From positions 15,565,690 through 15,629,689 of the forward strand of contig NC_057749.1 in assembly GCF_004010195.1 (NCBI RefSeq): 64,000 nt of DNA, written 5' to 3'. Shown piece by piece: positions 37,581 to 49,800 of this stretch (positions are counted from its first letter, which is position 1; each line of letters begins with the position of its first letter). Made by a program: the position numbers and the translations under genes. This DNA is from Chiloscyllium plagiosum (taxonomy: Eukaryota). Below the pieces are notes generated by a model. It had not been told where the DNA came from. It saw nothing but the letters and a program-made list of their open reading frames with translations, and made no database searches.

Positions 37581-37797
37581 ACCAACTGTCCATGTGGAGT
37601 TTACACATTCTCCCCGTGTCTATTTGGTTTCTTCTGGGTTCTCCGGTTTCCTCCCACAGTCCAAAGATGTGCAGGTCAGGTGGGTAGGCCACGGGAAATT
37701 GCACGGTTATAGGGATAGGGAGGGATTGGCTGGGTATGGGTGGGATGCTCTTCAAAGGGGCTGATTGGCCTGCTTCCACACAGTAGGGATTCTATGA
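37581..37797 (+). mobile_element. 5'-truncated V-SINE
   Basis: V-domain and tail present. Confidence 0.8.
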
Positions 37798-39494
37798 AAA
37801 TGTTATCCATTACTGTCCTCAATTACATGTTCCTTTTACTTTTCCTTAGCTGGGATAACATTTACTGTCCATCCCCAATTGCCCCAAAGAGGGTGGTGGT
37901 GAGCTGCCTTTTTGAACCACTGCAGTCCTTGGGGGTACAGAGACAGTGCTGTTTGGAAGTGGACCCGAGAAAGTCAACCCAGGGATGGTGAAGGGAGGAT
38001 TATAAAGTTCCAAGACAGGATGGTCATAAAAGCAAAATATTGTTAATGCAGAAAATCTGAAATAAAAACAGAAGGGTTGGCAGCATCTGTGGAGAGAGAA
38101 ACAAGTTAACTTTCCAAGCCTGTAAGGAAGTATCTTATTAAACTGGAGAGAGTTCAGAAAAGATTTACCAGGATGTTGTCAGGAATGGAGGGTTTGAAAT
38201 GTACAAATAGTCTGGAAAGACTGGGACTTTTTTGACTGGAGGCTGAAGGCTGACTTTATTGGAGTTCATAAAATCATGTGGGGCATGGATAAGAGTCTTA
38301 TCCCCAGGCTCAGGGGAGTTCAAAACCACCTCAAAAACCCACATCTTGTTATTCATTCCCAACCTTTAGTTTTGTGGTACCTTTCTGTTTTCTACGCTTT
38401 GAGATTATGAACAAATAAACAAGAAGCATGAACAGTCGATTCAGCCCCTTATGTCTTTCCCACCATTGTGTAAGATCATGGCTGCTCTGATTGCAACTTC
38501 AAATCTTGGCTAGCCCTCATAACCTTTCAGCCCCTTTGCTTAACAAGAATCTAGCTACCTCTGCCTTAAGAATATCACCGCTCTGCTTCCAGCGCTTTTT
38601 CACAGAAAATTCCAAAGACTCCCAACCCTTTGAGGGAAAACAGTTGACCTCTGTTTCAGCAAAACCTGATTTTTAAACAATGATCATTAGTTCTAGATTC
38701 TGTCAGCACATGGTAGAATTTGAATTCAACGAAAAAATAATTCTGGGATTAGGAGTCAAGTGATGACTGTGAATCCATTGTCAATTGTCAGAAAAATCCA
38801 TCTGTTTCACTAATGTCCTTTAGGGAAGGAAACTGCCATCTTTACCTGGTCTGGCCTACATGTGACTCCAGACCCACAGCAATGTGGTTGGCTCTTAACT
38901 GCCTTTTGGGCAAAATCAGGAATGGGCAATAAATGCTGCCTAGCCAGCGATGCCCTCAGCCCATGAATGAATAAAAAAGTCCTCCCCACATCCACCCTGT
39001 GAAGATCCCTCAGGATCGTGTATCTTTCAATTAAGTTACCTTTTACCCTTCTAAACTCCAGTAGAGAAGCCAGTCTGACCTTCCTTCATAAGAGAATTCT
39101 CTCAGTCTAGGTATTAGTCTAGCAAAGCTTAACTGAGCTGTTTCATTAGTGTTTAAAGCAATACATTAGGTATTCAGGGAATGGAGGAGCGTGGGCCTGA
39201 GTGGGAACAGCTCATGAGCAGATTAAACACTTGCATGGATAGATGGGCAAATTACCCTGTTTCTGCTGTCAGTAACATGCAATATTAATGGAGATGGAAG
39301 TTGTTGTGTCAACAGAGTTAGGCCTGTATCAGTTAACCATCTGTGTGGCTCAGTACAACACAATTATACTGTTCATGGCACCTTGTCATTGCTGAGAACT
39401 ACAGCAAGATGATTTTGGAGATAGGTGAAAATGTCTCGTCTAACCTGCAATTCCCATCTCAATGTACAAATGGCAAAATAAAATATGCATTTAC

Positions 39495-40425
39495 AATGGT
39501 TAGTAAGTTTGCAGATGACACCAAAATTGATGGTGCAGTGGACAACAAAGAAGGTTAGCTCAGAGTACAAAGGGACCTTGATGAGATGGGCTGATGGGCT
39601 TGGCAGTGGCAGATGGAGTTTAATTTAGACAAATGTGAGGAGTTGCATTTTGGTAAGGCAAATCAGGACAGGATTTAGACACAATGTAGGGTCCTGGGGA
39701 GAATTGCCAATCAAAGAGACCTTGGATGCAAGTGTGTATAGTTCCTTGAAGGTGGAGTCACAGGTAGACAGGGTAGTGAAGAAGGCATTTGGTACACTTG
39801 TTGCCTTTATTGGTCAGTGCATTGAGTATGGGAGTTGGGATGTCATATTGCAGCTGTAAAGGACATTGATTAGGTCACTTTTGCCATAGTGGATTCATTT
39901 CTGGTCACCCTGCTATAGGAAGAATATTGTTCAACTTGAAATGATGCAGAAGAGATTAACAAGGATGATGCCGGGGTTGGAGGGTTTGTTTTATCATGAG
40001 AGGCTGAATAGGCTGGAGATATTTTCCCTAGAGCATCAGACTTTGAGGTGTGACCTTATCGAAGTTTATAAAATCAGGGGCATGGATAGGGTAAATAACC
40101 AAGGCCTTTTCCCCAGGGTAGGGGAGTCCAAAACTAGAGGGGTAGGTTTAGGGTTAGAGCGAAAGATATAAAAGGGACTTAAGGGGCAACTTTTTCACAC
40201 AGAGGGTGGTGCATATATGGAATGAGCTGCCTGGGGAAGTGGTGGAGGCTGGTACAATTACAGCATTTAAGAGGCATCTGAATGGGTATATGATTAGGAA
40301 GGGTTTAGAGGGATTTGAACCAAGTGCTGGCAAATGGGATTAGGTTAATTTAGGATATCTGGTTGGCATAGATGAGTTGAACAAAAGGTCTGTTTCCCTG
40401 CTGTACAGCTCTCTTACTCTACGAC
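39495..40425 (+). mobile_element. 5'-truncated CR1 LINE
   Basis: VSKFADDTKI through to the CR1 3' tail. Confidence 0.9.
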
Positions 40426-40573
40426 TGTGATTCTGCTTGACCTATTTTCCTTATTTCAGAATAGATAATGAGTCAAAATAGATCGGTATTGTCAATATGT
40501 TAGCTGTCCTCCAAATGTAGGAAATTGGGAATTCAGATGTGGCGATGTGGCTTTCTGATGAATAAAGAGTAAA

Positions 40574-40796
40574 AGACTGGAGGTTGGCTACTGTGGTACC
40601 ACTGTTTAAGAAGGGTGGTAAGGACAAGCCAGAGAACTATAGACCAGTGAGCCTGACATCAGTGGTGGGCAAGTTGTTGAAGGGAATCCTGAGGGACAGC
40701 ATATATGTGTATTTGGAAAGACAAGGACTGATTAGAGATAGTCAACATGGCTTTGTGCATGCAAAATCATGTCTCACAAACTTGAGTTTTTTGAAG
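40574..40796 (+). mobile_element. Internal CR1 RT fragment
   Basis: VVPLFKKGGKDKPENYRPVSLTS..QHGF..SCLTNL. Confidence 0.88.
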
Positions 40797-41382
40797 AATA
40801 ACAGCACCTTCCAACCTGCAACCTCTAGCATCTAGAAGCACAAGGTCATCAGATACATGGGTACAGTAGCATCTGCAAGTTCCACTCCAAACCATCCTGA
40901 TATGGAAAGATATTGCTGCTCCTTCAGTGTTGCTGAGTCAGTATCGCTCCTTAAGGACCCATCTATCCAATATTATCCACAGAGGAAAAAATAGTTAAGG
41001 CAAATCAATAAAACTAGGAAATGAATTTAGGAAATGAATGTACTCGATGCAGTAAAGTTCCATTTTTCAAGCATACAAGGCAAATGGAACCAGTTTTTAA
41101 TCCTTTCCACATTTCAAGAAAGATAAACCGACATTTTCCTGGCTATCATCAGTTCTGAGGAAGGGTTACTCTCCCCAGATGCTGCCAGACCTGCTGAGCT
41201 TTTTCAGCAATTTGTAATTTTGTCTCAAGAAGCACAAACACCACCAAAAATGGTTGGTTGTGCCACTGGATTCCATGTACAAATATTAAGAAATGTGGCT
41301 AAAACATTGACACTTGTACACACACATATAGTCAGACGACCATTGTTACTAAACAACATAAAATTTCACAAGGGAACACACA

Positions 41383-41652
41383 AGCCAGCATGAAAGATGG
41401 CAGCAGCCGCAGCCTGTTCCACCAGGTTCGTGCCAGCAACAAAGATGGCGAGAGGAGTAACTTGCCAGGACTAAACATGGCAGACAACGACGGAATCACT
41501 TGGAGCTTTCGGTTGCCAGTCTCAAATATGGCGGCGTCCGTTGGCGCCGTTGGGCGGTCCGCGCAAATTGGTTGTTTCTAAAAACAAAAAAAAAGCTCAA
41601 AAGGAATCGGAGAGTGAGGGCGGTCGTTGTCACTGGGGTCTTTAGCGAGGAG
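41383..41652 (+). promoter_or_regulatory. CpG-rich promoter/5' UTR of TUBGCP4 with four YY1-like AANATGGC sites
   Basis: Local CpG enrichment. GCCAG-N4-AAA-N-ATGGC at 41384, 41432, 41464 and 41515. Confidence 0.72.
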
Positions 41653-41730
41653 ATGATCCACGAGTTGCTGCTGGCATTGAGCGGGTACCCGGGCAGTATC
41701 TTCAGCTGGAACAAGCGCAGCGGCCTACAG
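41653..41730 (+). CDS. tubgcp4: Gamma-tubulin complex component 4, coding exon 1
   Basis: MIHELLLALSGYPGSIFSWNKRSGLQ, donor GTGAGG. Confidence 0.96.
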
Positions 41731-42435
41731 GTGAGGGCGAGCCTGGAGCACCATGGCAACCGAGAGGTCTGGGCCCTTCTCACAATAGATAACCCTAGCA
41801 AAGGAAACAACGGAACCCAGCTTTACTTTATTCAGAGAGTGAAACAGCGAAATAAACTATTGCACATAGAAGTAGTGGGGCGCAGAAGGTGGCCATTCTG
41901 CCCATCGAGCCTGCACTGTTAATGGACTGTTATTACCTGATGCCAATCTCCTACTATTTCCCCACACCGTTATACATTATTTTTAGCCTGGTAATTATCC
42001 ACTGCCCTGATCATTATATTATCTTACTGGCTGTCCCACGTTTCCAGGATTTCTGTCTGAACAGCTTAGAGTCTGCAGCAGTTAAAGAAGGCAGCTCACC
42101 ACCACCTTCTCAAAGGGCAACTAGGGATGGGCAATAAATGCTGGGCCCAGCCAGTGACGCCCACATCACACAAGGATTTTTTTAAAAATTGAGATGTTAG
42201 CAGCACAGAAAGAGATGATTGTTCCTGCCTGTCAGCAAATATCCATCTATTCTAATCTAAAACAAAGAACTGCAGATGTAAGGGATCAAAAACAAAGAAA
42301 ACTCTTCTGTTTTTGTTCAGTTTCCATCTATTCTAATCCCATTTTCCAGCACTTGGAGTTTCAATGAGTAAACACCTTGAGAGGTCCAGCTTCTGTCATA
42401 CTTTCAGGCAGTGGTTTACAGATATTCACCAACCT

Positions 42436-43390
42436 CAAATGATTTGGATGTGAGCATAAGAGGTACAGTTAGTAAGTTTGCAGATGATACCAAAATTGGA
42501 GGTGTAGTGGACAAAGAAGAGGGTTACCTCAGATTACAACAGGATCTTGATCAGATAGGCCAATGGCTGAGAAGTGGCAGATGGAGTTGAATTCAGGCAA
42601 ATGCGAGGTGCTGCATTTTGGGAAAGCAAATCTTAGCAGGACTTATACGCTTAATGGTAAGGTCCTAAGGAGTGTTGCTGAACAAAGAGATCTTGGAGTG
42701 CAGGTTCATAGCTCCTTGAAAGTGGAGTCACAGGATAGTGTAGAACGCATTTGGTATGCTTTTCTTTATTGGTCAGAGTATTGAGTACAGGAGTTGGGAG
42801 GTCATGTTGTGGCTGTACAGGACATTGGTTAGGCCGCTGTTGGAATATTGCATGCAATTTTGGTCTCCTTCTTATCGGAAAGATGTTGTGAAACTTGAAA
42901 CAGTTCAGAAAAGATTTACATGGATGTTGCCAGGGTTGGAGGATTTGAGCTACAAGAGTGGCTGTACAGGCGGGGGCTGTTTTCCCTGGAGCGTCAGAGG
43001 CTGAGGGGTGACTTTATAGAGATTTACAAAATTATGTGGGGCATGGATAGGGTAAATAGACAAAGTCTTTTCCCTGGAGTCAGGGAGTCCAGAACTAGAG
43101 GCCATAGGTTTAGAGTGAGAGGGGAAAGATATAAAAGAGACCCACGGGGCAACTTTTTCACACAGAGGGTGGTATGTGTATGGAATGAGCTGCTAGAGGA
43201 AGTGGTGGAGGCTGGTACAATTGCAACATTTGAAAGGCATTTGGATGGGTATACTAATAGGAAGGATTTGGGGGGATATGGGCTGGATGCTGGCAGGTGG
43301 GACTAGAATGGGTTGGGATATCTGATCGGTATGGACTGGTTGGACCGAAGGGTCTGTTTCCATTCTGTACATCTTTATGACTCTGACTCT
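42436..43390 (+). mobile_element. 5'-truncated CR1 LINE in TUBGCP4 intron 1
   Basis: FADDTK to the 3' tail ctttatgactctgactct. Confidence 0.92.
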
Positions 43391-44380
43391 AGCTGAAAAA
43401 ATCGTCCTTAAATCTCCTCTAAATCTCCTATCCCTTGCCTTAAAACTGTGTCCCCTGGTAATTGACCCTTCTACCAAAGGGGAAAGGTTTCTTCCGAACT
43501 AGTCTATATATCCTCCTCATCATTTTCTATATCTCAATGAGGCTATAAAGGCTGCCAATGCTCATAACGTGGGCTGAGCATATGTTTATTGGGGATGGCC
43601 ATCACCGGATGAGATACTGTACCCCTAGGGCCAGACATACTATACCCACTCACCCAGAAGGATAAGAAATATTGAATATGGTGATTGAGAGATACTGGTC
43701 CAATGTGTCTTGTTTGCTTCAAAATGGAAGTCCAGCACATTCACTTCCTAGCATGACTGGTTTTCACTCACTTTTCCCTCTGGACAATTCACAAAACCAT
43801 TCACTGAATGAATATCCTTGCTCTTAACAGCTGAGTGTGTTCATGTTAGTGGCAGGAGAAAGTGAGGACTGCAGGTGCTGAAGATCAATGCTGTGTGACC
43901 TGCTGTGCTTTTCCAGCACCACACTCTTCAACTCATGCCAGAGGCAGCCAGATCGTGATCAAAAGAGGGAATGGTGCTGTGCAGTGGGGTGGTTTTCAAT
44001 TTGATGAGAGGGATGTCAGTTTCCTGTTTCAGTGGTAGAATGCAAAGATTATAATGTAAGAAACAGGAGCATGAGTAGACAATATGTTCATTCAGTATCT
44101 GACATTGTACATTTATGGCTTATCTATGGTCCCAGCACCATTTTTCTGCCCACTCCCAATATCCCTTCATTTGAAGAACCAAAACTATACCTATCTCAGT
44201 CTGAAAAAATCTCCAAAGGAGAAAATTCCAACACCGACAGAAAGACCAACTTTTACTGTTTTTTTCCCTTCTGTAAAGGTTTGTGTTTGTGGCTCTGGTG
44301 CGTGTTCCCCACAACTCCAGCTCTGCAGTGTTCCCATTGAAGTTTGATTGAAGAGGAAATGGTCCTAGAGATAAAATGTC

Positions 44381-45140
44381 TTCGCTAGTTTTGAGAAGAT
44401 TGAGGCTCTGGATGTAGGTTTGCTTGCTGAGCTGGAAGGTTCTTTTTCAGATATTTCATCACCCTACTAGGTAGGTAACATCATCAGTGAGCTTCCCAAT
44501 GAAGCACTGGTGGTATGGCCCACTTTCTATTTATCTGTTTAGGGTTCCTTGGGTTGGTGATGTCATTTCCTGTGGCAGTGTCATTTCCTGTTCTTTTTCT
44601 CAGGGGATGGTAAATGGGATCCAAATCAATGTGTTTGTTGATAGAGTTCCGGTTGGAATACCATGCTTCTTGGAATTCTTGTGCATATCTCTATTTGGCT
44701 TGTTGTAGGATGGATGTGTTGTCACAGTCGAAGTGGTGTCCTGCCTCATCTGTATGTAAGAATACTAGTGAAATTGGGTCATGTCTTTTTGTGGCTAGTT
44801 GATGATCATGTATCCTGGTGGCTAATTTTCTGCCTGTTTGTCCAACGTAGTGTATGTTACAGTTCTTGCAAGGTATTTTGTGAATGATATTCGTTTTGCT
44901 TGTTGTCTGTATAGGGTCTTTCAAGTTCATTAGCTGCTGTTTTAGTGTGTTAGTAGGTTTGTAGGGCTACCATGATGCCAAGAGGTCTGAGTACTCTGGC
45001 AGTCATTTCTGTGCTGTCTTTGATGTAGGGGAGAGTGGCTAGGATATCTGGATGTGTTTTGTCTGTTTGAGTTTGTTGCTGAGAAATTGGCAGGCTGTGT
45101 TCATTGGGTACCTGTTCTTGCGTACACCTTTACAGTGTTT
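44381..45140 (-). mobile_element. Penelope-like element 3' fragment with GIY-YIG endonuclease and terminal region
   Basis: ORF 44691-44930 NIIHKIPCKNCNIHYVGQTGRKLATRIHDH matches the PLE GIY-YIG signature (CxxC..YVGQT.R.L..R..EH). Confidence 0.88.
44448..44489 (-). ncRNA. Minimal hammerhead ribozyme motif in the Penelope-like terminus
   Basis: Minus strand CA-CTGATGA-T-GTTACC-tacctagtag-GGTGAT-GAAA-TA-TC-TG; same strand as, and downstream of, the GIY-YIG ORF. Confidence 0.7.
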
Positions 45141-46513
45141 TCAAAAAGAGTGGCCTTGTGTGGTGTGGATGTGTAAGGCTGTTTATTTCTGGATTTGATT
45201 TAGAATGTATAATCACTCAATCAAGGTTACCCATCAGCCTTTTCTCTAGGACAGCTAATAATAGGCAATTTTTGCTAGTGGTGCCATTTCCTGGGAATAA
45301 ATTAAAAAATTCTGGGTTCACCTGGCTCCTTTCTGCTTGAATAATATATCTTGTGTCTCAGAGGCATGAACTGAACACAGTTCTCAAACTGTACAATTTT
45401 GCCTAGTCTAGGTGGTAATGTACAATATTTAGCACAAGCATAATCATCTTCCTTAATACCCACCCTCATCCACTCACTCAACCTTCTCTATTACGACTGT
45501 CTTTACAGCCAATGTCTTTGGCCAAGCTACTAGTAACCTGGCCTAACAGATGCTTTGGTTTAATGTGAGGTTTTGTACGATGATGCTCCTGTGAAATTAG
45601 TTGGAATATTTATTATGTTAAAAATGTTACATTGTCACAAGATGTTGTTAATTTTATTCCCTTTGTGACAAAAAAAAGGCCACAATAACTGACTCAATTG
45701 GTGGTGGTCCCTCCAATAAGGTTGAGAGTTTGTGGCCTAGCTCTGTACTGTACATAGACCCAGATTTCCCCCACTTGCACCAGGAGGCAAAGGATCTCTG
45801 AAGAAGCTTTGCATAAATATGGAGCAAGCTTTCTACCTGTGCCTTCAAATGGGTTGAAAACACACCTGTTCCCTTACTGCAATGAACCCATGCCATTTTC
45901 CTGTATAGACCTTTTTGAGGCAATACTTTAGGCCAATCTTAATAATGTTTATTATTATAGTAAATAATAGTATTTAATTTTATATTATTGCAATCTCCAT
46001 ATTGTTCCATAATTTGGACAGTCTTGCAATGATGTACTACACTTCGGGGGTCCTGTACTTCAATGGATGCACTGAATTGAGATTCTCTCTGTTTCTCTTT
46101 TATGCTTTTTAAAATTCTTACATGCTGTAGGTGCCACTGACTGAGCAAGTATTCACTGCCCATCCCTATCTGTACTTGAACAGAATGGCCTGCTAGGTAT
46201 TTCAGAGGGCAGTTTAGAATGAACCAAGTTGCTATAGGTCTGAAATCTGTCTACACCAGACTGGGCATGGACAGCAGATTTCCTTCCCTGAATGACAGTG
46301 ATAGATTGTACTGGCAGTAGACTAGCACTAGGTTTTCATGCTGTTTTCAGCCAGAGTCCTAGATCTGTGCAAATATCCTGCCTACCTTTGTGTTAGTTTG
46401 CAAATAAACTGGTGTGATATTTGTGATATGTGATATTCTGACCCTAAAAAAACCCATCTCCAATAATTGGATTATCACAGTGCATTCAGTTTTGTTTATA
46501 ACTTCATCTTTTT

Positions 46514-46722
46514 AAAGTTAAAAATCACACAACACCACGTTATAGCCCAACAGGTTTATTTGGAAGCACTAGCTTTTGGAGTGCTACTTCTCCCACAACC
46601 ACGTGATAAATGAGCAGCACTCTGAAAGCTAGTGCTTCCAAATAAACCTGTTGGGCTATAACCTGGTGTTGTGTGATTTTTAACTTTGTACATCCCAGCC
46701 CAACACCAGCATCTCCAAGTCA
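46514..46722. mobile_element. Palindromic Penelope-terminal-like element (family C) with decayed hammerhead-like core
   Basis: About 70-bp inverted arms 46514-46584 / 46617-46687. Core CAC-GTGATAA-ATGAGCAGCACTCT-GAAA-GC-TA-GTG at 46600-46634. Confidence 0.72.
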
Positions 46723-47422
46723 CGATTACCATCTTTTTAAAACTTTCCTTTAGGGGCAAGATCTTTGAATGCCTTTCGTTCTGACTTTAGAAAAGCTTTA
46801 ACATTAACTTGACCTGTTTCCACACTGTACGGAATCTAATCTAAGCTAATGTGTTATCTAGATTGTGATTACTCTCTGGTAAAAGGGATGTACAGGATTG
46901 ATGTCACGTAAAGAGTGAACAATGCCTGAAATGGTCCTCCATTTATTGAAGATGGGGTGGGATTTGAAGATCAGCCATGGCCTTATTAAATGGCACAGCA
47001 AGCTTAAAGAGCTGTATTGTTTAATCCTGATCCAATTTGTTATATTCTTACGTAAGTTAGAAAAGGCAAAACTCCAACTTCATTCAAGATGCAGTCAGAT
47101 ACTGTGATGGGGAAGATGTGAATCTGCATAAAACGTCAACTTGAGTGAATTAAATCTGTACTGATTTGTGTAAACTCAACAACTCAAGCATTTATGTTTT
47201 TAATGCGTCATACAACGTTCATAGTTTTGATTTCTATGTTATAGAAGTTTGTAGTTTGAGTTACATACATTATTGGCTTTGAGAGAAGAGTAATTTAAAT
47301 AATCTCTTTCTTTGTCAGTCAAACTAGTTACTGTATTGTTTTAGGGATGGGCAATTGTAGCCACCATTGCCCACAAGCCATGTACATTTTTAAAAACAAA
47401 CATTATTTCCATTTGTACCTAG

Positions 47423-47551
47423 GTATCTCAGGATCTGCCTTTCCTTCACCCCAGTGAAACCAGCATTTTAAATCGTCTGTGTAAGTTAGGCACCGACTAT
47501 ATACGCTTCACAGAGTTTATTGAACAATACACTGGACATGTACAGCAGCAG
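47423..47551 (+). CDS. tubgcp4: TUBGCP4 coding exon 2
   Basis: AG/GT bounded, VSQDLPFLHPSETSILNRLCKLGTDYIRFTEFIEQYTGHVQQQ. Confidence 0.96.
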
Positions 47552-48307
47552 GTAGGTTCTGTACTGAGAAGATTTCCTCTTCCTTTCCTGACTGACATGA
47601 TGCTATTTGCTTTTTGGTACTTTGCCTGAATGAGCATTTTCTTTTATGAAGGTGTCTGGATAGTGGATGTCAGCAGAACAGGCAGAAATTTGAAGGCATC
47701 AAAATCAATCGCATTCCTTTCGTCCCTGACCTCTAAGTGCAATCAATTCCAACAGGAAGCTCTTGTAATAGCTCAAGAGCAGGACCCTCAGCACAGTTTC
47801 TCCTTCCTAAAGCAGACAGTACTGAGCTAGACTGGAGGGGTAGATCTGGGGTATCAAATAACGTTGGATAACTGAGGCTGCCTGTTGATTGAACTGGGCC
47901 ATTTTTTAATACATTCATGGAATGTAGGCATCGCTGACTGGATCTGCATTTATTGAACTACCTTCTTAAATTGCTGTGGTTCATTTGGTGTCCTTAAACC
48001 CATAATGCCTTTAGGGAGAGAGTTCCATGTTTTCGGCCCAGCAACACTGAAGGAATGACCGTATTGTTCCAAATCAGGGTAGTGAGAGAGGCTTGGAAGG
48101 TAACTGCAGGTGTTCCCGTGTATCTGCTGCCCTTGTAATTTTGAAAGGTAGTGGTTTGGGTTTGAAGGTGCTGTCTGAGGAACATTAGTAAATTTCTGCA
48201 GTGCATTTAGTGAACTGCTGTTACTGAGCATCAGTGGTGCAGGGAGTAGGTGTTAGTGGATGTGGTGCCATTCAAGTGGGTTGCTTTATTCTAGATGCTT
48301 TCAAGCT

Positions 48308-48915
48308 TAGAGTCATAGAGATGTACAGCATAGAAACAGACCCTTCGGTCCAACCCGTCCATGCTGACCAGATATCCCAACCCAATCTAGTCCCACTTGC
48401 CAGCACCGGGCCCATATCCCTCCAAACCCTTCCTATTCATATACCCATGCAAATGCCTCTTAAATGTTGCAATTGTACCTGCCTCCACCACATCGTCTGG
48501 CAGCTCAGTCCATACATGTACCACCCTCTGCGTGAAAAAGTTGCCCCTTAGGTCTCTTTTATATCTTTCCCCTCTCACCCTAAACCTATGCCCTCTAGTT
48601 CTGGACTCCCCCACCCCAGGGAAAAGACTTTGTCTATTTATCCTATCCATGCCCCACATAATTTTGTAACCTCTATAAGGTCACCCCTCAGCCTCCGACA
48701 CTCCAAGGAAAACAGCCCCAATCTGTTCAGCATCTCCCTGTAGCTCAGATCCTCCAATCCTGGCAACATCCTTGTAAATCTTTTCTGAACCCTTTCAAGT
48801 TTCACAACATCTTTCCGATAGGAAGAAGACCAGAATTGCAGGCAGTATTATAACAGTGGCCTAACCAATGTCCTGTACAGCCGCAACATGACCTCCCAAT
48901 AGTCTGACCAATAAG
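48308..48915 (-). mobile_element. CR1 LINE 3' fragment
   Basis: ORF 48387-48659 plus tail. Confidence 0.9.
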
Positions 48916-49584
48916 CTTCTTGAGTTTTGTTGGATCTGCACCCAACCAGGCAAGTATTCCATCACAGTACTTGTTTGTGCCTTGCAGATGGTGGACACAC
49001 TTTGGTGAGTTACTCACAGCAAGGTTCCTGGACTCTGACCTGTTCTTGTAGCCACAGTACTTATATGGATAGTCCAGTTCAGTTTCAGATTAGTGATAAC
49101 TCCTAGGAAGTTGATAGTGGGTCTTCATGGTGGTAATGGCATTAAATGTCAAGAAGAGATGGTTAGATTCTCTCCTGTTAGTAATGGCTGTTGCCTGGCA
49201 CTTGTATGGCACAATGTTAATTATCACTTCTCAGCTAAAGCATGATATTGTCCGGGTCTTGAAGCATTTGGACATGGACTGCCTCAGTATCTGAGGAGCT
49301 GTGAATCAACCTGACACTGTGGATTCATCAGTGAACATCCCCACTTCTGACCTCATGATGGAGGGAAGGTCATCGATGAAGCAACTCAAGATGGTTGGGC
49401 CAAGGATACTATCCTGAGGGAACCTTGCTGAGATGTACTGGAACTGAGATGACTGACCTTCAGCAACAACACCGTACTTCCTTTGTGCCAGGTTTTATTC
49501 CATCAGGAGGTTTTTCCCCAGTTCTCATTAACTCCAGTTTCTTAAGGCTTCTTGGTGCCATACATGGCCGAATGTGGCCTTGGT

Positions 49585-49800
49585 GTCATAGAGATGTACA
49601 GCATGGAAACAGACCCTTCGGTCCAACCTGTCCATGCCGACCAGATATCTCAACCCAATCTAGTCCCACCTGCCAGCACCTGGCCCATATCCCTCCAAAC
49701 CCTTCCTATTCATATACCCATCCAAATGCCCCTTAAATGTTGCAATTGTACCAGCATCCACCACATCCTCTGGCAGCTCATTCCATACACGTACCACCCT
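49585..49800 (-). mobile_element. CR1 LINE 3' tail fragment nested in an older repeat
   Basis: Near identical to 48312-48527. Confidence 0.85.

Noticed and set aside
41383..41535. CRISPR-like interpretation of the repeated motif with variable spacers
   Set aside because: Vertebrate promoter context, gapped 13-nt motif, irregular spacing and no cas genes.
41500..41922. 140-aa ORF extending TUBGCP4 exon 1
   Set aside because: Read-through of 5' UTR and intron 1; the conserved protein starts MIHELL at 41653 and splices at 41730.
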